The position numbers and the translations under genes were made by a program. The notes beneath the pieces were generated by a model that was given only the letters and a program-made list of their open reading frames with translations, searched no databases and was not told where the DNA came from. Positions 9,061 through 17,255 of a DNA stretch of 24,766 bases are shown here, in pieces. Where the stretch lies: the NCBI GenBank assembly GCA_050250255.1, contig JBFWOZ010000044.1:1-24766 (forward strand). Reading direction: 5' to 3'. The first letter of the stretch is position 1, and the number at the start of each line of letters is the position of its first letter. This stretch comes from Bdellovibrionales bacterium (GTDB lineage Bacteria; Bdellovibrionota; Bdellovibrionia; Bdellovibrionales; DASUEL01).

Positions 9061-9981
9061 ATGACACCTAGAGTTAGAGAGATTTTAAGCTGGTATGGTT
9101 CTGACAACGCCGGAGTTCTTACCAATATGGCGAGAATTCTGAATCACGGTCGTCTCGCAGGTTCTGGAAAAGTTGTGATTCTTCCTGTGGATCAAGGCTT
9201 TGAACACGGTCCCGCTCGAAGTTTTGCGAAAAACCCCGATGCATACGACCCTTTCTATCACTACAGTCTCGCTATTGAATCAGGATGTAATGCTTATGCG
9301 GCTCCTCTTGGATTCATCGAAGCGGGTGCACGAGAGTTCGCCGGTGAAATCCCGCTTATTTTGAAAGTCAATAACTCCGACACTCTTTGGAACACCAATG
9401 CTCCTTCGAGCGCGCTCACAAGCTGTGTGGACGATGCCCTTCGTCTTGGTTGTGCCGGCATTGGGTTCACGATTTATCCCGGCAGCGCTTTGAGAAAATC
9501 TCAATATGAAGAAATTCAAGCCATCGCTCACGAAGCAAAAGCGAAAGGCCTTCTCGTCGTGATTTGGTCTTACGCTCGTGGCGAAAATCTTTCGAAAGAA
9601 GGCGAAACAGCCATCGACGTCATTGCTTACTCGGCTCATATCGCGGCTCAGTTGGGAGCTCACTTCATTAAAGTGAAACCTCCAACGGCTCACATCGAAC
9701 AAGCCGCTGCGAAAAAAGTTTACCAATCAGAAAATATCAAAGTGAACACTCTTTCCGAGCGCATTCGTCACGTTGTGAAATCATCGTTTAATGGTCGACG
9801 TGTTGTGATCTTTAGCGGTGGAGAAGCAAAATCTACCGAAGAACTTCTCATGGAAATTCGCGAGATTGCAAAAGGCGGAGGCTTCGGAAGCATTATGGGC
9901 CGAAACGCTTTTCAACGTCCGAAGAACGAGGCGATCAAACTCCTACAAGATACGATGGATATCTACAAAGGATCTTTGTAA
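9061..9981 (+). CDS. fbaB: Class I (DhnA-type) fructose-bisphosphate aldolase
   Basis: ILPVDQGFEHGP, GFTIYPGS, VVIWSYARG, FIKVK (Schiff-base Lys) and GSIMGRNAFQRP. ATG 9061 follows GAGGGG. Confidence 0.93.
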   Translation: MTPRVREILSWYGSDNAGVLTNMARILNHGRLAGSGKVVILPVDQGFEHGPARSFAKNPDAYDPFYHYSLAIESGCNAYAAPLGFIEAGAREFAGEIPLILKVNNSDTLWNTNAPSSALTSCVDDALRLGCAGIGFTIYPGSALRKSQYEEIQAIAHEAKAKGLLVVIWSYARGENLSKEGETAIDVIAYSAHIAAQLGAHFIKVKPPTAHIEQAAAKKVYQSENIKVNTLSERIRHVVKSSFNGRRVVIFSGGEAKSTEELLMEIREIAKGGGFGSIMGRNAFQRPKNEAIKLLQDTMDIYKGSL

Positions 9982-9982
9982 G

Positions 9983-11473
9983 GTGAGTGACGTAAGAAAA
10001 GATAATCCTATTCGAGAAGAAAAACGTAAAAAACTTCATGCTCTTAAAGAAAAAGGCATCGATCCATTTCCTTACAGTTTTGATCGCAGTCATAGTTTAC
10101 AGGAGCTTCGCGAAAAGTATGGTGGTTTAACCGCTGGTGAAAAGCAAGAAGGCACCATTATACGATTGGCCGGACGAGTGATGACGGTTCGAGCGATGGG
10201 GAAAGCTAGTTTTTTTAACATTCAAGATCAGTCTGGGCTGATGCAAATTTACATTAAGCCTGAGGAATTGGATGAAACAGCACAGACAAGTTTTGATCTT
10301 CTCGACATTGGTGACTTTGTGGGTGTGCAAGGTTTTGTTTTTTGCACAAAACGGGGCGAGCTCAGCGTTCACATTCAAAAATTTGAAATTCTCTGCAAAA
10401 CTTTAGAGCCCTTACCTGAAAAATTTCATGGAATTGCAGATATTGAAATTAAGTACCGTCATCGACATCTTGATCTCATTATGGATTCTGATTCTCGAAA
10501 AGTGTTCGAGACACGCTCGAAAATTATTCGTGAGATCAGAAAATTTTTGGATGCGCGCGGATTTCTAGAAGTAGAGACACCTATTCTACAACCTCTCTAC
10601 GGTGGCGCAGCCGCACGCCCGTTTACAACTCACCATAACGCCCTCGACATGAAACTCTATTTGAAAATCAGTCCCGAGCTTTATTTAAAACGTCTGATCG
10701 TAGGCGGTTTTGAAAAAGTTTATGATCTTAATAAAAATTTTCGCAACGAAGGCATTGATCGCTCTCACAATCCAGAATTTACGATGATGGAATGGTACGA
10801 GGCGTACACGGACTACAATTATCAAATGAAGCAATTTGAAGATTTGGTCAGCCACGTCTGTAAAGAAATCTGCGGTTCGACAAAAATCACGTATCAAGGA
10901 AAAGAAATCGATTTTACGACTCCATGGAAGAGGATTTCTGTGAATGATTCGATTAAAGAATATGCTGGTGTGGATGTGAAAGCCTTGAACGATGCTCAGC
11001 TAAAATCCAAACTTATTGAGAGTGGTTTTAAAGAAGATCCTAAAAATCCACTCAATCGTGGAGAAATGATCATTCAGCTTTTTGATTTACTCGTAGAACA
11101 TCATTTATGGCAGCCAACATTCATTATCGATCATCCTGTTGAAATCTCTCCGCTCACTAAAAAACACCGCGTACACAAAGGGCTTGTTGAGCGTTTTGAA
11201 CCTTATGTGGCGAACATGGAACTTGGAAATGCCTATTCAGAGCTTAACGATCCTGAAGAGCAACGAGCTCGTCTTGAAGAACAGGAGTCGAAGCGTGGTC
11301 AAAACGATGAAGCACATCCGATGGATGAAGATTTTATGAACGCGATCGATGTGGGAATGCCGCCAACAGGTGGGGTAGGGTTAGGAATTGAACGTCTTGT
11401 GATGGTGCTCACGGATCGTCCAAGTATCCGAGACATTATTTTATTCCCAACAATGAAGATCAAGTATACATGA
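9983..11473 (+). CDS. lysS: Lysine--tRNA ligase (class II)
   Basis: OB-fold AGRVMTVRAMGKASF, GGAAARPFTTHHNAL, NFRNEGIDRSHNPEF and GMPPTGGVGLGIERLVM. GTG 9983 lies just after the fbaB stop and follows AAAGGA. Confidence 0.96.
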   Translation: MSDVRKDNPIREEKRKKLHALKEKGIDPFPYSFDRSHSLQELREKYGGLTAGEKQEGTIIRLAGRVMTVRAMGKASFFNIQDQSGLMQIYIKPEELDETAQTSFDLLDIGDFVGVQGFVFCTKRGELSVHIQKFEILCKTLEPLPEKFHGIADIEIKYRHRHLDLIMDSDSRKVFETRSKIIREIRKFLDARGFLEVETPILQPLYGGAAARPFTTHHNALDMKLYLKISPELYLKRLIVGGFEKVYDLNKNFRNEGIDRSHNPEFTMMEWYEAYTDYNYQMKQFEDLVSHVCKEICGSTKITYQGKEIDFTTPWKRISVNDSIKEYAGVDVKALNDAQLKSKLIESGFKEDPKNPLNRGEMIIQLFDLLVEHHLWQPTFIIDHPVEISPLTKKHRVHKGLVERFEPYVANMELGNAYSELNDPEEQRARLEEQESKRGQNDEAHPMDEDFMNAIDVGMPPTGGVGLGIERLVMVLTDRPSIRDIILFPTMKIKYT

Positions 11474-12324
11474 AGTTTTTAATAACACTTTTTTTATGCT
11501 TTTTGATTTTTGTTTCCTGCCAAACACAGCCTACAAAAGTCCAAGAGAATCTCACGATGGGACCGAACGTAGATCCGTCTTCGACTATCACCGAAGACAC
11601 CATCATTCTTGATACGCGCTCTCTGTTTAACTATACGAGTAGTCATTTACCAAAAGCTTATCCCATTCGTTGGCAGGATTTTTCTTTTAACCAAAAAATG
11701 CAGGTGGGTCTTCTCAAAAAAGATTTAGAGAGTATTGCTCGTTATTTTGCTCTTTTGGGAATTGCTCCTGACTCTCACGTTGTGGTCGTGGGTGAAGGTT
11801 TGACGGGAGATGGTTCAGAGGGACGAATTGCGTGGATGTTGCAATATCTCGGTGTTTCTAATGTGAATTTTGCAACAGAGCATTCCGTCACGTTGAAGCG
11901 AAAAAGTGGGCCTCCTGATTCAAAGACCAATGTTCCATTTTGGAAACCTGCGGTTCAATCAGATTTGATCGCGACTCGTGATGAAATTATCTCAGCCATT
12001 GGTAAGAAGGAAAAAGCTGTTATTTTGGATGTGCGAAGCCGCGGTGAATATTTGGGGCATGTGCCAGGGCTTCGCGTGCCCGACATCGGTGCGATCAATA
12101 TCGACTGGCGAGAATTTATTGATGAGTCAGGAAAGCCAAGGTCAATTTTGCTGGCACAATTAGAACCCGTGGGAGTCACTCGAGATAAACGTGTCATTGT
12201 GGTGAGTGCAAAAGGGGTAAGATCAGCTCTCGTCACTCATGTTCTTCGTCGCCTAGGCTACTCTCACGCGGCCAACTTTGCAGGCGGTCACACAGAACTT
12301 CTTTCAACAAAGAAAAAGCGCTAA
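11470..12324 (+). CDS. Tandem rhodanese-domain lipoprotein, probably catalytically inactive (Cys to Ser)
   Basis: Signal peptide ends in a lipobox-like FVSC. Two rhodanese repeats (ILDTRS..HLP and ILDVRS..EYLG). The active-site loop reads IVVSAKGVRS. ATGA overlap with lysS. Confidence 0.85.
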   Translation: MKFLITLFLCFLIFVSCQTQPTKVQENLTMGPNVDPSSTITEDTIILDTRSLFNYTSSHLPKAYPIRWQDFSFNQKMQVGLLKKDLESIARYFALLGIAPDSHVVVVGEGLTGDGSEGRIAWMLQYLGVSNVNFATEHSVTLKRKSGPPDSKTNVPFWKPAVQSDLIATRDEIISAIGKKEKAVILDVRSRGEYLGHVPGLRVPDIGAINIDWREFIDESGKPRSILLAQLEPVGVTRDKRVIVVSAKGVRSALVTHVLRRLGYSHAANFAGGHTELLSTKKKR

Positions 12325-12341
12325 GAAGCCTACGGCATAAG

Positions 12342-12396
12342 GTGTTCCCAGGTTGACACCGGAGGAACACTTCCTCTTTTGTTGCTATGCAACAAA
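12342..12396. repeat. Two adjacent inverted repeats upstream of the Cys-repeat gene
   Basis: GTGTTCC...GGAACAC encloses GGT-TGAC-ACC (TTGACA at 12353-12358). It is followed by the perfect repeat TTTGTTGC-TAT-GCAACAAA (12378-12396). Confidence 0.55.
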
Positions 12397-12464
12397 GGCC
12401 AATTTCTATGGACATCGTCGAGGGTACTGAAAGAATGTGGGCACAAACTTGAAGGAGGAATTTC

Positions 12465-12962
12465 ATGAGACTTTTACAAATCGGTTTACTTACTTTTTTT
12501 AGTGCCTTTTTTGTGACGACAGCTCAAGCACAAAACTTTACCCCACAGGCTGGCCAAGATGTGACATGCGTTTATAACGATTGCATGCGCTACGGTTGGG
12601 ATATTCGTGGGCCAAACTACGCTGCTGAAGTTCGTTGTGACCGTGGTGGTTGTGATCGTGGCGGCTGGTTCTGGAGAGATTCAAGAAATTATTCAGCTCA
12701 AGCTCGATGCTATAACGGAGATTGTTTTTACAATGGTTGGCAGGAGCAAACTCCAAGTGGTTTTTACAATACCTACTGTTCTGGTTATGACTGTTTAAGA
12801 AATGGCTGGGATACAAGTGGTCCACGTGGAGTTGTGTTAAGCCTTTCTTGTCGCAATTTTGATTGCCGTCGTGATGGCTGGTTCACACGTAGTGTAGGTG
12901 GAATCTCGGAAGCTATTTGCAAATATGGAGATTGTTTTCGATACGGATGGTACATTCGCTAA
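12465..12962 (+). CDS. Secreted hypothetical protein with six C-x3-[DG]-C-x3-G-W repeats
   Basis: RBS AAGGAGG, Sec signal peptide ending AQA, and 12 Cys in six regularly spaced motifs. Confidence 0.88.
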   Translation: MRLLQIGLLTFFSAFFVTTAQAQNFTPQAGQDVTCVYNDCMRYGWDIRGPNYAAEVRCDRGGCDRGGWFWRDSRNYSAQARCYNGDCFYNGWQEQTPSGFYNTYCSGYDCLRNGWDTSGPRGVVLSLSCRNFDCRRDGWFTRSVGGISEAICKYGDCFRYGWYIR

Positions 12963-13915
12963 ATCAAAAACGTTGGCTCAATCTTGAGCTTCGACTTTAT
13001 AAAACATTAAAAGACCGAGGGCTTCAAGGCTCTCGGATTCTGATTGGCGTTTCGGGTGGGGCGGATTCTGTTGCGCTCGCCTGGGCCCTCAAGGCTGTTT
13101 CTTCCGCCTTACGTCTTAAGCTCGCTCTTGCCCATATTCATCACGGGCCAACTTCCTCACAGAAGCAAAAGAGTTTTCGTCAATCTTCTCGAAAGTTTTG
13201 CGAAGATCTCGCTCATAAACTCGAACTTCCGTTTTTAATCTCTGAGCATCGAGGGCCTTTACTCAAAGGTGAAGCGGCCTTGAGAGTTGTACGATACGAA
13301 CATTTGGAGTCTCTTCGTAGACAACAAAATTGGGATTACATTGCGACAGCTCATCATGCAGAAGATCTCTTAGAGACACGTTTGATTCGTTTAATTCGTG
13401 GAGTAGGGGCGGGTGGACTGCAATCTCTCTCTCTTGTCAGTGCCAAAAAACTACGACCTTTTTTAAAAGTTCAAAAGACGGAACTTCTTGGTTACCTTCA
13501 GGAGCTTCAAGTTTCATATATGGACGACCCCTCTAATGAGATAATGGAACCGCTTAGAAATTGGATCCGTAAAGAATGGCTCCCCCTATTAGAGCAGAAA
13601 CGTCCAGGTGCGCTTGCGAGCCTTAGTCGGTCCCTTGAGCTTGTAACTCGCCGGGCCAAAAAAGATTTGAAACCACTGGAAGTTTTAGTCACTTCAGAGG
13701 GCCTAGACCGTTCTCAACTTTTAAGTTTAGCTTCTTCGGAGCAGAGACAAGTTTTAGCTCTCTTTTTGCGCCAAAAAGGTGTGCAAAGTTATACCTCGAC
13801 ACAAATTGACGAGGTGCTTAAACGGCTCCGTGCCCCTCGACGAGACTTTCATTTTCATGTTGTGAAATGCCATTGGCAGATCACCTCAAAATATATCCAA
13901 ATTCTCCCTTCGTAA
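12947..13915 (+). CDS. tilS: tRNA(Ile)-lysidine synthetase (short form)
   Basis: PP-loop VSGGADS, ATAHHAEDLLET..RLIRG, RPFL and DPSN....RNWIR. It lies directly upstream of ftsH. Start uncertain; ATG 12947 is preferred. Confidence 0.93.
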   Translation: MVHSLNQKRWLNLELRLYKTLKDRGLQGSRILIGVSGGADSVALAWALKAVSSALRLKLALAHIHHGPTSSQKQKSFRQSSRKFCEDLAHKLELPFLISEHRGPLLKGEAALRVVRYEHLESLRRQQNWDYIATAHHAEDLLETRLIRLIRGVGAGGLQSLSLVSAKKLRPFLKVQKTELLGYLQELQVSYMDDPSNEIMEPLRNWIRKEWLPLLEQKRPGALASLSRSLELVTRRAKKDLKPLEVLVTSEGLDRSQLLSLASSEQRQVLALFLRQKGVQSYTSTQIDEVLKRLRAPRRDFHFHVVKCHWQITSKYIQILPS

Positions 13916-14019
13916 GCCTTTACATTTTGCGTTTCAAACACACATTTTTCCGAGGGAAAATGAGAGCTTACGTGCTATTATTAAGCCGAGAACGGTTCTC
14001 ATAGAAAGAAGGATTCTTC

Positions 14020-15990
14020 ATGCGCTCAAATCAAAAAACGCTCGCTTTGTGGGTTTCACTCATCGTTGCTGCTTTTTTGCTTTTTCAGATGTACGAAAAA
14101 AAACAAAAATCACTCATTCTTGAATTTGATTATCCAAAATTTGTAAAGGCTGTTGAGGGTGGTGAAATCGCCTCTGAATCTCTTACGATTCATTCCACAA
14201 CTGGAGAAATTAGTGGTCAGGTGAAGCCAGAGTTTGAGAAAAAATATCAGGGCTTACATTTTTCTATCCCAGGAGATATTGGCGATACAGGAAAAGCTTT
14301 TCTTGCAAAGCACAATCTCACTCCTAAATTTGATCATACAGAGCGCAACTCTGGCTTGCAGTCTTTCTTGATCAATTGGCTCCCTCTCATTTTGATTTTT
14401 CTCATGTTTATGTTTTTCGCTCGTCAAATCCAAGTTGGCGGTGGGAAAGCCATGAGTTTTGGAAAAAGTCGTGCAAAGCTTCTGACGGAAAATAAAAATC
14501 GCGTCACCTTCAAAGAGGTGGCGGGCATGGACGAAGGAAAGCAGGAGCTCGAAGAAATTATTTCGTTTCTAAAAGAGCCTAAAAAGTTCACTCGTTTGGG
14601 TGGTCGTATTCCTAAGGGTGTGCTTCTTGTAGGCCCTCCCGGAACAGGAAAAACTCTTCTCGCACGTGCTGTTGCGGGTGAAGCCGGTGTTCCTTTTTTC
14701 AGCTTATCAGGATCTGATTTTGTTGAAATGTTTGTAGGGGTGGGCGCTTCTCGTGTTCGTGACCTTTTTGAACAAGGTAAAAAGAATGCTCCATGTATCA
14801 TCTTTATCGATGAAATCGATGCCGTGGGGCGCCATCGCGGTGCTGGCATGGGTGGTGGTCATGATGAGCGTGAACAAACTTTGAACCAACTTCTTGTTGA
14901 GATGGATGGTTTTGAAAGTAATGAAGGTGTGATCTTGATGGCGGCTACAAACCGACCAGATGTTCTTGATCCAGCTCTTCTTCGACCGGGTCGTTTTGAT
15001 CGTCGAGTCGTTGTGAATAAGCCAGATCTCAATGGCCGTTTTGAAATTCTTAAAGTTCACACTCGGAAGACACCTTTGGCGAATGAAGTAGATCTCAATC
15101 AGATTGCACGAGGAACCCCTGGTTTTTCTGGGGCGGATATTGAAAATTTAGTCAATGAAGCGGCTCTTTTGGCGGCTCGTCGAAATAAAAAACGTCTCGA
15201 CATTGATGATTTTGAACATGCAAAAGATAAAGTTCTCATGGGGGCAGAAAGACGCTCCATGAAGATCAGCGAAGAAGATCGTCGTATTACCGCTTACCAC
15301 GAAGCGGGACATACCATCGTTGGAAAAATGCTCGTGGGAATCGATCCGATTCATAAAGTGACCATCATTCCGCGTGGGATGGCTTTAGGAGTCACTCAAA
15401 CTCTTCCTGAAGAAGAGCGTATGAACCTCACGAAGAAAAAAGCGGAGAACATGATCTCTTTCTTATTCGGTGGACGTGTGGCTGAAGAATTAATTTTTGA
15501 AGATTACACAACAGGCGCTGGAAACGATATCGAACGTGCAACTGAAATTGCCCGTCGGATGGTTTGTGAATGGGGAATGAGTAACTTAGGACCTTTGAGC
15601 TATGAAAAGCGCGACAACCCGCCATTTATGGGTATGGGTCATGTGAATCAAAGAGATTACTCAGACAAAAAAGCTGAAGAAATTGATAAAGAAGTTTTCC
15701 GCTTAGTGGATGAAGCCCATAAGAAGGCGACAAACATTTTGAAAGATAAATTAGATATGCTTCACCGCTTGGCGGATGCACTCCTTGAGATGGAAACTTT
15801 AGATGCTGCAGAAGTAGAACAGATTTTTAAGGGTGGTTCTAAGGAGAATATTCGTCTCGAACGTTTAGCCCGTCGTCAGGAACTTGAGCGACAGAATTTA
15901 GAGTCTACACCAGCAGAAAAAGAAGCAGCAGAGCTAGAAGAGAAAAAGGTGAAGGGCCCTATTGGTGGCACTGACCCAGTTACAGCTTAG
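14020..15990 (+). CDS. ftsH: ATP-dependent zinc metalloprotease FtsH
   Basis: Two N-terminal TM segments, [16 protein letters not shown], second region of homology [10 protein letters not shown] and the HEAGH zinc motif. Confidence 0.98.
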   Translation: MRSNQKTLALWVSLIVAAFLLFQMYEKKQKSLILEFDYPKFVKAVEGGEIASESLTIHSTTGEISGQVKPEFEKKYQGLHFSIPGDIGDTGKAFLAKHNLTPKFDHTERNSGLQSFLINWLPLILIFLMFMFFARQIQVGGGKAMSFGKSRAKLLTENKNRVTFKEVAGMDEGKQELEEIISFLKEPKKFTRLGGRIPKGVLLVGPPGTGKTLLARAVAGEAGVPFFSLSGSDFVEMFVGVGASRVRDLFEQGKKNAPCIIFIDEIDAVGRHRGAGMGGGHDEREQTLNQLLVEMDGFESNEGVILMAATNRPDVLDPALLRPGRFDRRVVVNKPDLNGRFEILKVHTRKTPLANEVDLNQIARGTPGFSGADIENLVNEAALLAARRNKKRLDIDDFEHAKDKVLMGAERRSMKISEEDRRITAYHEAGHTIVGKMLVGIDPIHKVTIIPRGMALGVTQTLPEEERMNLTKKKAENMISFLFGGRVAEELIFEDYTTGAGNDIERATEIARRMVCEWGMSNLGPLSYEKRDNPPFMGMGHVNQRDYSDKKAEEIDKEVFRLVDEAHKKATNILKDKLDMLHRLADALLEMETLDAAEVEQIFKGGSKENIRLERLARRQELERQNLESTPAEKEAAELEEKKVKGPIGGTDPVTA

Positions 15991-16014
15991 GGATGACATC
16001 TAGAGGGGAAAGCC

Positions 16015-16818
16015 TTGCAACGGCTGATTGATAACGTTTCTTTTATTCTGACGAATCTACGTCTGCTCGACGTTTTAGATATTTTTCTCGTGTGGATTAT
16101 TGTCTATCGCGCTCTGTTGCTTATTAAAAGAACGAGCGCGGCTCAAATTCTTTCAGGCTTAGGAATCATCGCTATTGCTTACATCGGTAGCATCTGGGCG
16201 CAGTTATCCACTCTCAACTGGGTTTTAGAAAAATTCTTTAATCACCTCTTTTTGATTTTAGTGATTTTGTTTCAAAGTGAAATCCGCCGAGCCCTTGCAC
16301 ATATTGGTCGCAACCCTTTCTTTACCGGAGTTTCCGCTTTAGAAGAAACTCAAGTGATTGAAGAGCTTGCGAAAGGTGCGATTCAAATTGCTCAGAAAAG
16401 ATATGGTGCTTTGATCGTCGTGGAACGCGAGATTGGCCTCGAGGATTTTATCGAGGTTGGAACAAAGCTTGATTCCGTGATTACTGCGGAATTAATGAAC
16501 TCGCTTTTTTTGCCATCAAGCCCACTACATGACGGCGCTTTAATCGTGCGCGGCGGCCGTGCTTTTGCGGCCGGATGTTTTTTACCACTCACAAAAAATC
16601 CTAATATTGATAAAAACCTAGGGACTCGCCATCGAGCGGCTATTGGCTTAACGGAAGAAACTGATGCCGTAGTTTTAGTGGTGAGTGAAGAAAACAGCAG
16701 CGTTGGTGTTGTCATGGGCGGACATATGACGGCCGATGTTGATCATGCGACCGTTCGCAAAATTCTCTATTCTGTTTTTAACTTGGAATCGGAATTTCAA
16801 GAAAGAGGTTTAGTGTGA
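16015..16818 (+). CDS. cdaA: Membrane diadenylate cyclase CdaA/DacA
   Basis: Three N-terminal TM helices, FQSEIRRAL, GALIV, PLHDGA and GTRHRAAIG catalytic motifs. TTG start follows GAGGGG. Confidence 0.94.
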   Translation: MQRLIDNVSFILTNLRLLDVLDIFLVWIIVYRALLLIKRTSAAQILSGLGIIAIAYIGSIWAQLSTLNWVLEKFFNHLFLILVILFQSEIRRALAHIGRNPFFTGVSALEETQVIEELAKGAIQIAQKRYGALIVVEREIGLEDFIEVGTKLDSVITAELMNSLFLPSSPLHDGALIVRGGRAFAAGCFLPLTKNPNIDKNLGTRHRAAIGLTEETDAVVLVVSEENSSVGVVMGGHMTADVDHATVRKILYSVFNLESEFQERGLV

Positions 16819-17255
16819 AAACCTCGGAAAAATTTAAAATTTTCCTCGCAGATTGGGTTATTGATAACGGAACTTACAAAGTTGTTGCACTTTTTATCAC
16901 ATTATCTTTATGGGTTTTCATTTTTGAAAAACAAATTGCAGTCGTCTCAAAATCAGTAAAATTGGATTTTATTTTAGCTCCTCAACACACGCTGACAAAT
17001 ACGGTAGTCCGAGAGATCCAGTTCAAAGTGCGTGGTCCTCGGATGGGGCTTAAAAAGTTTATCGACAGTTCAGACTCTATCAATGTGGATTTATCAAATG
17101 CGGGACCGGGCAAAACAACGGTCAGAATTTATGACGACATTTTACAGCTCCCTGTAGGGGTAGATGTTGTTTCGGTTCAACCTTCGCATATTTATGTAGA
17201 AATAAAAAAAAGTACTGGTGATGGATCAAAGGAGCCTGAAGATGGTGAAAAATAA
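16815..17255 (+). CDS. cdaR: CdaR/YbbR-like protein (one TM helix plus a single YbbR domain)
   Basis: N..YKVVALFITLSLWVFI anchor and the YbbR pattern V.GPR...VDLS....G...LP.GV.V..V.P..I.V. GTGA overlap with cdaA. Confidence 0.85.
   Translation: MKTSEKFKIFLADWVIDNGTYKVVALFITLSLWVFIFEKQIAVVSKSVKLDFILAPQHTLTNTVVREIQFKVRGPRMGLKKFIDSSDSINVDLSNAGPGKTTVRIYDDILQLPVGVDVVSVQPSHIYVEIKKSTGDGSKEPEDGEK

Noticed and set aside
9818..9982. 55-aa N-terminal extension of LysS overlapping fbaB
   Set aside because: It has no LysS-like sequence. An RBS-supported GTG at 9983 follows the fbaB stop, so the extension is a longest-ORF artefact.
12325..12464. c-di-GMP or c-di-AMP riboswitch
   Set aside because: Hairpins are present, but I could not find the conserved nucleotides of either class by eye. 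An Rfam scan would settle it.
12947..13915. tilS as a truncated pseudogene
   Set aside because: All catalytic motifs are intact, and short TilS proteins lacking the last C-terminal domain are a known functional form.
14424..14849. 141-aa antisense ORF inside ftsH, plus similar shadow ORFs in gltX, uvrB, fbaB, cdaA, glmM and pgk
   Set aside because: They lie wholly within conserved genes and show no motifs, which is typical of stop-poor alternative frames.
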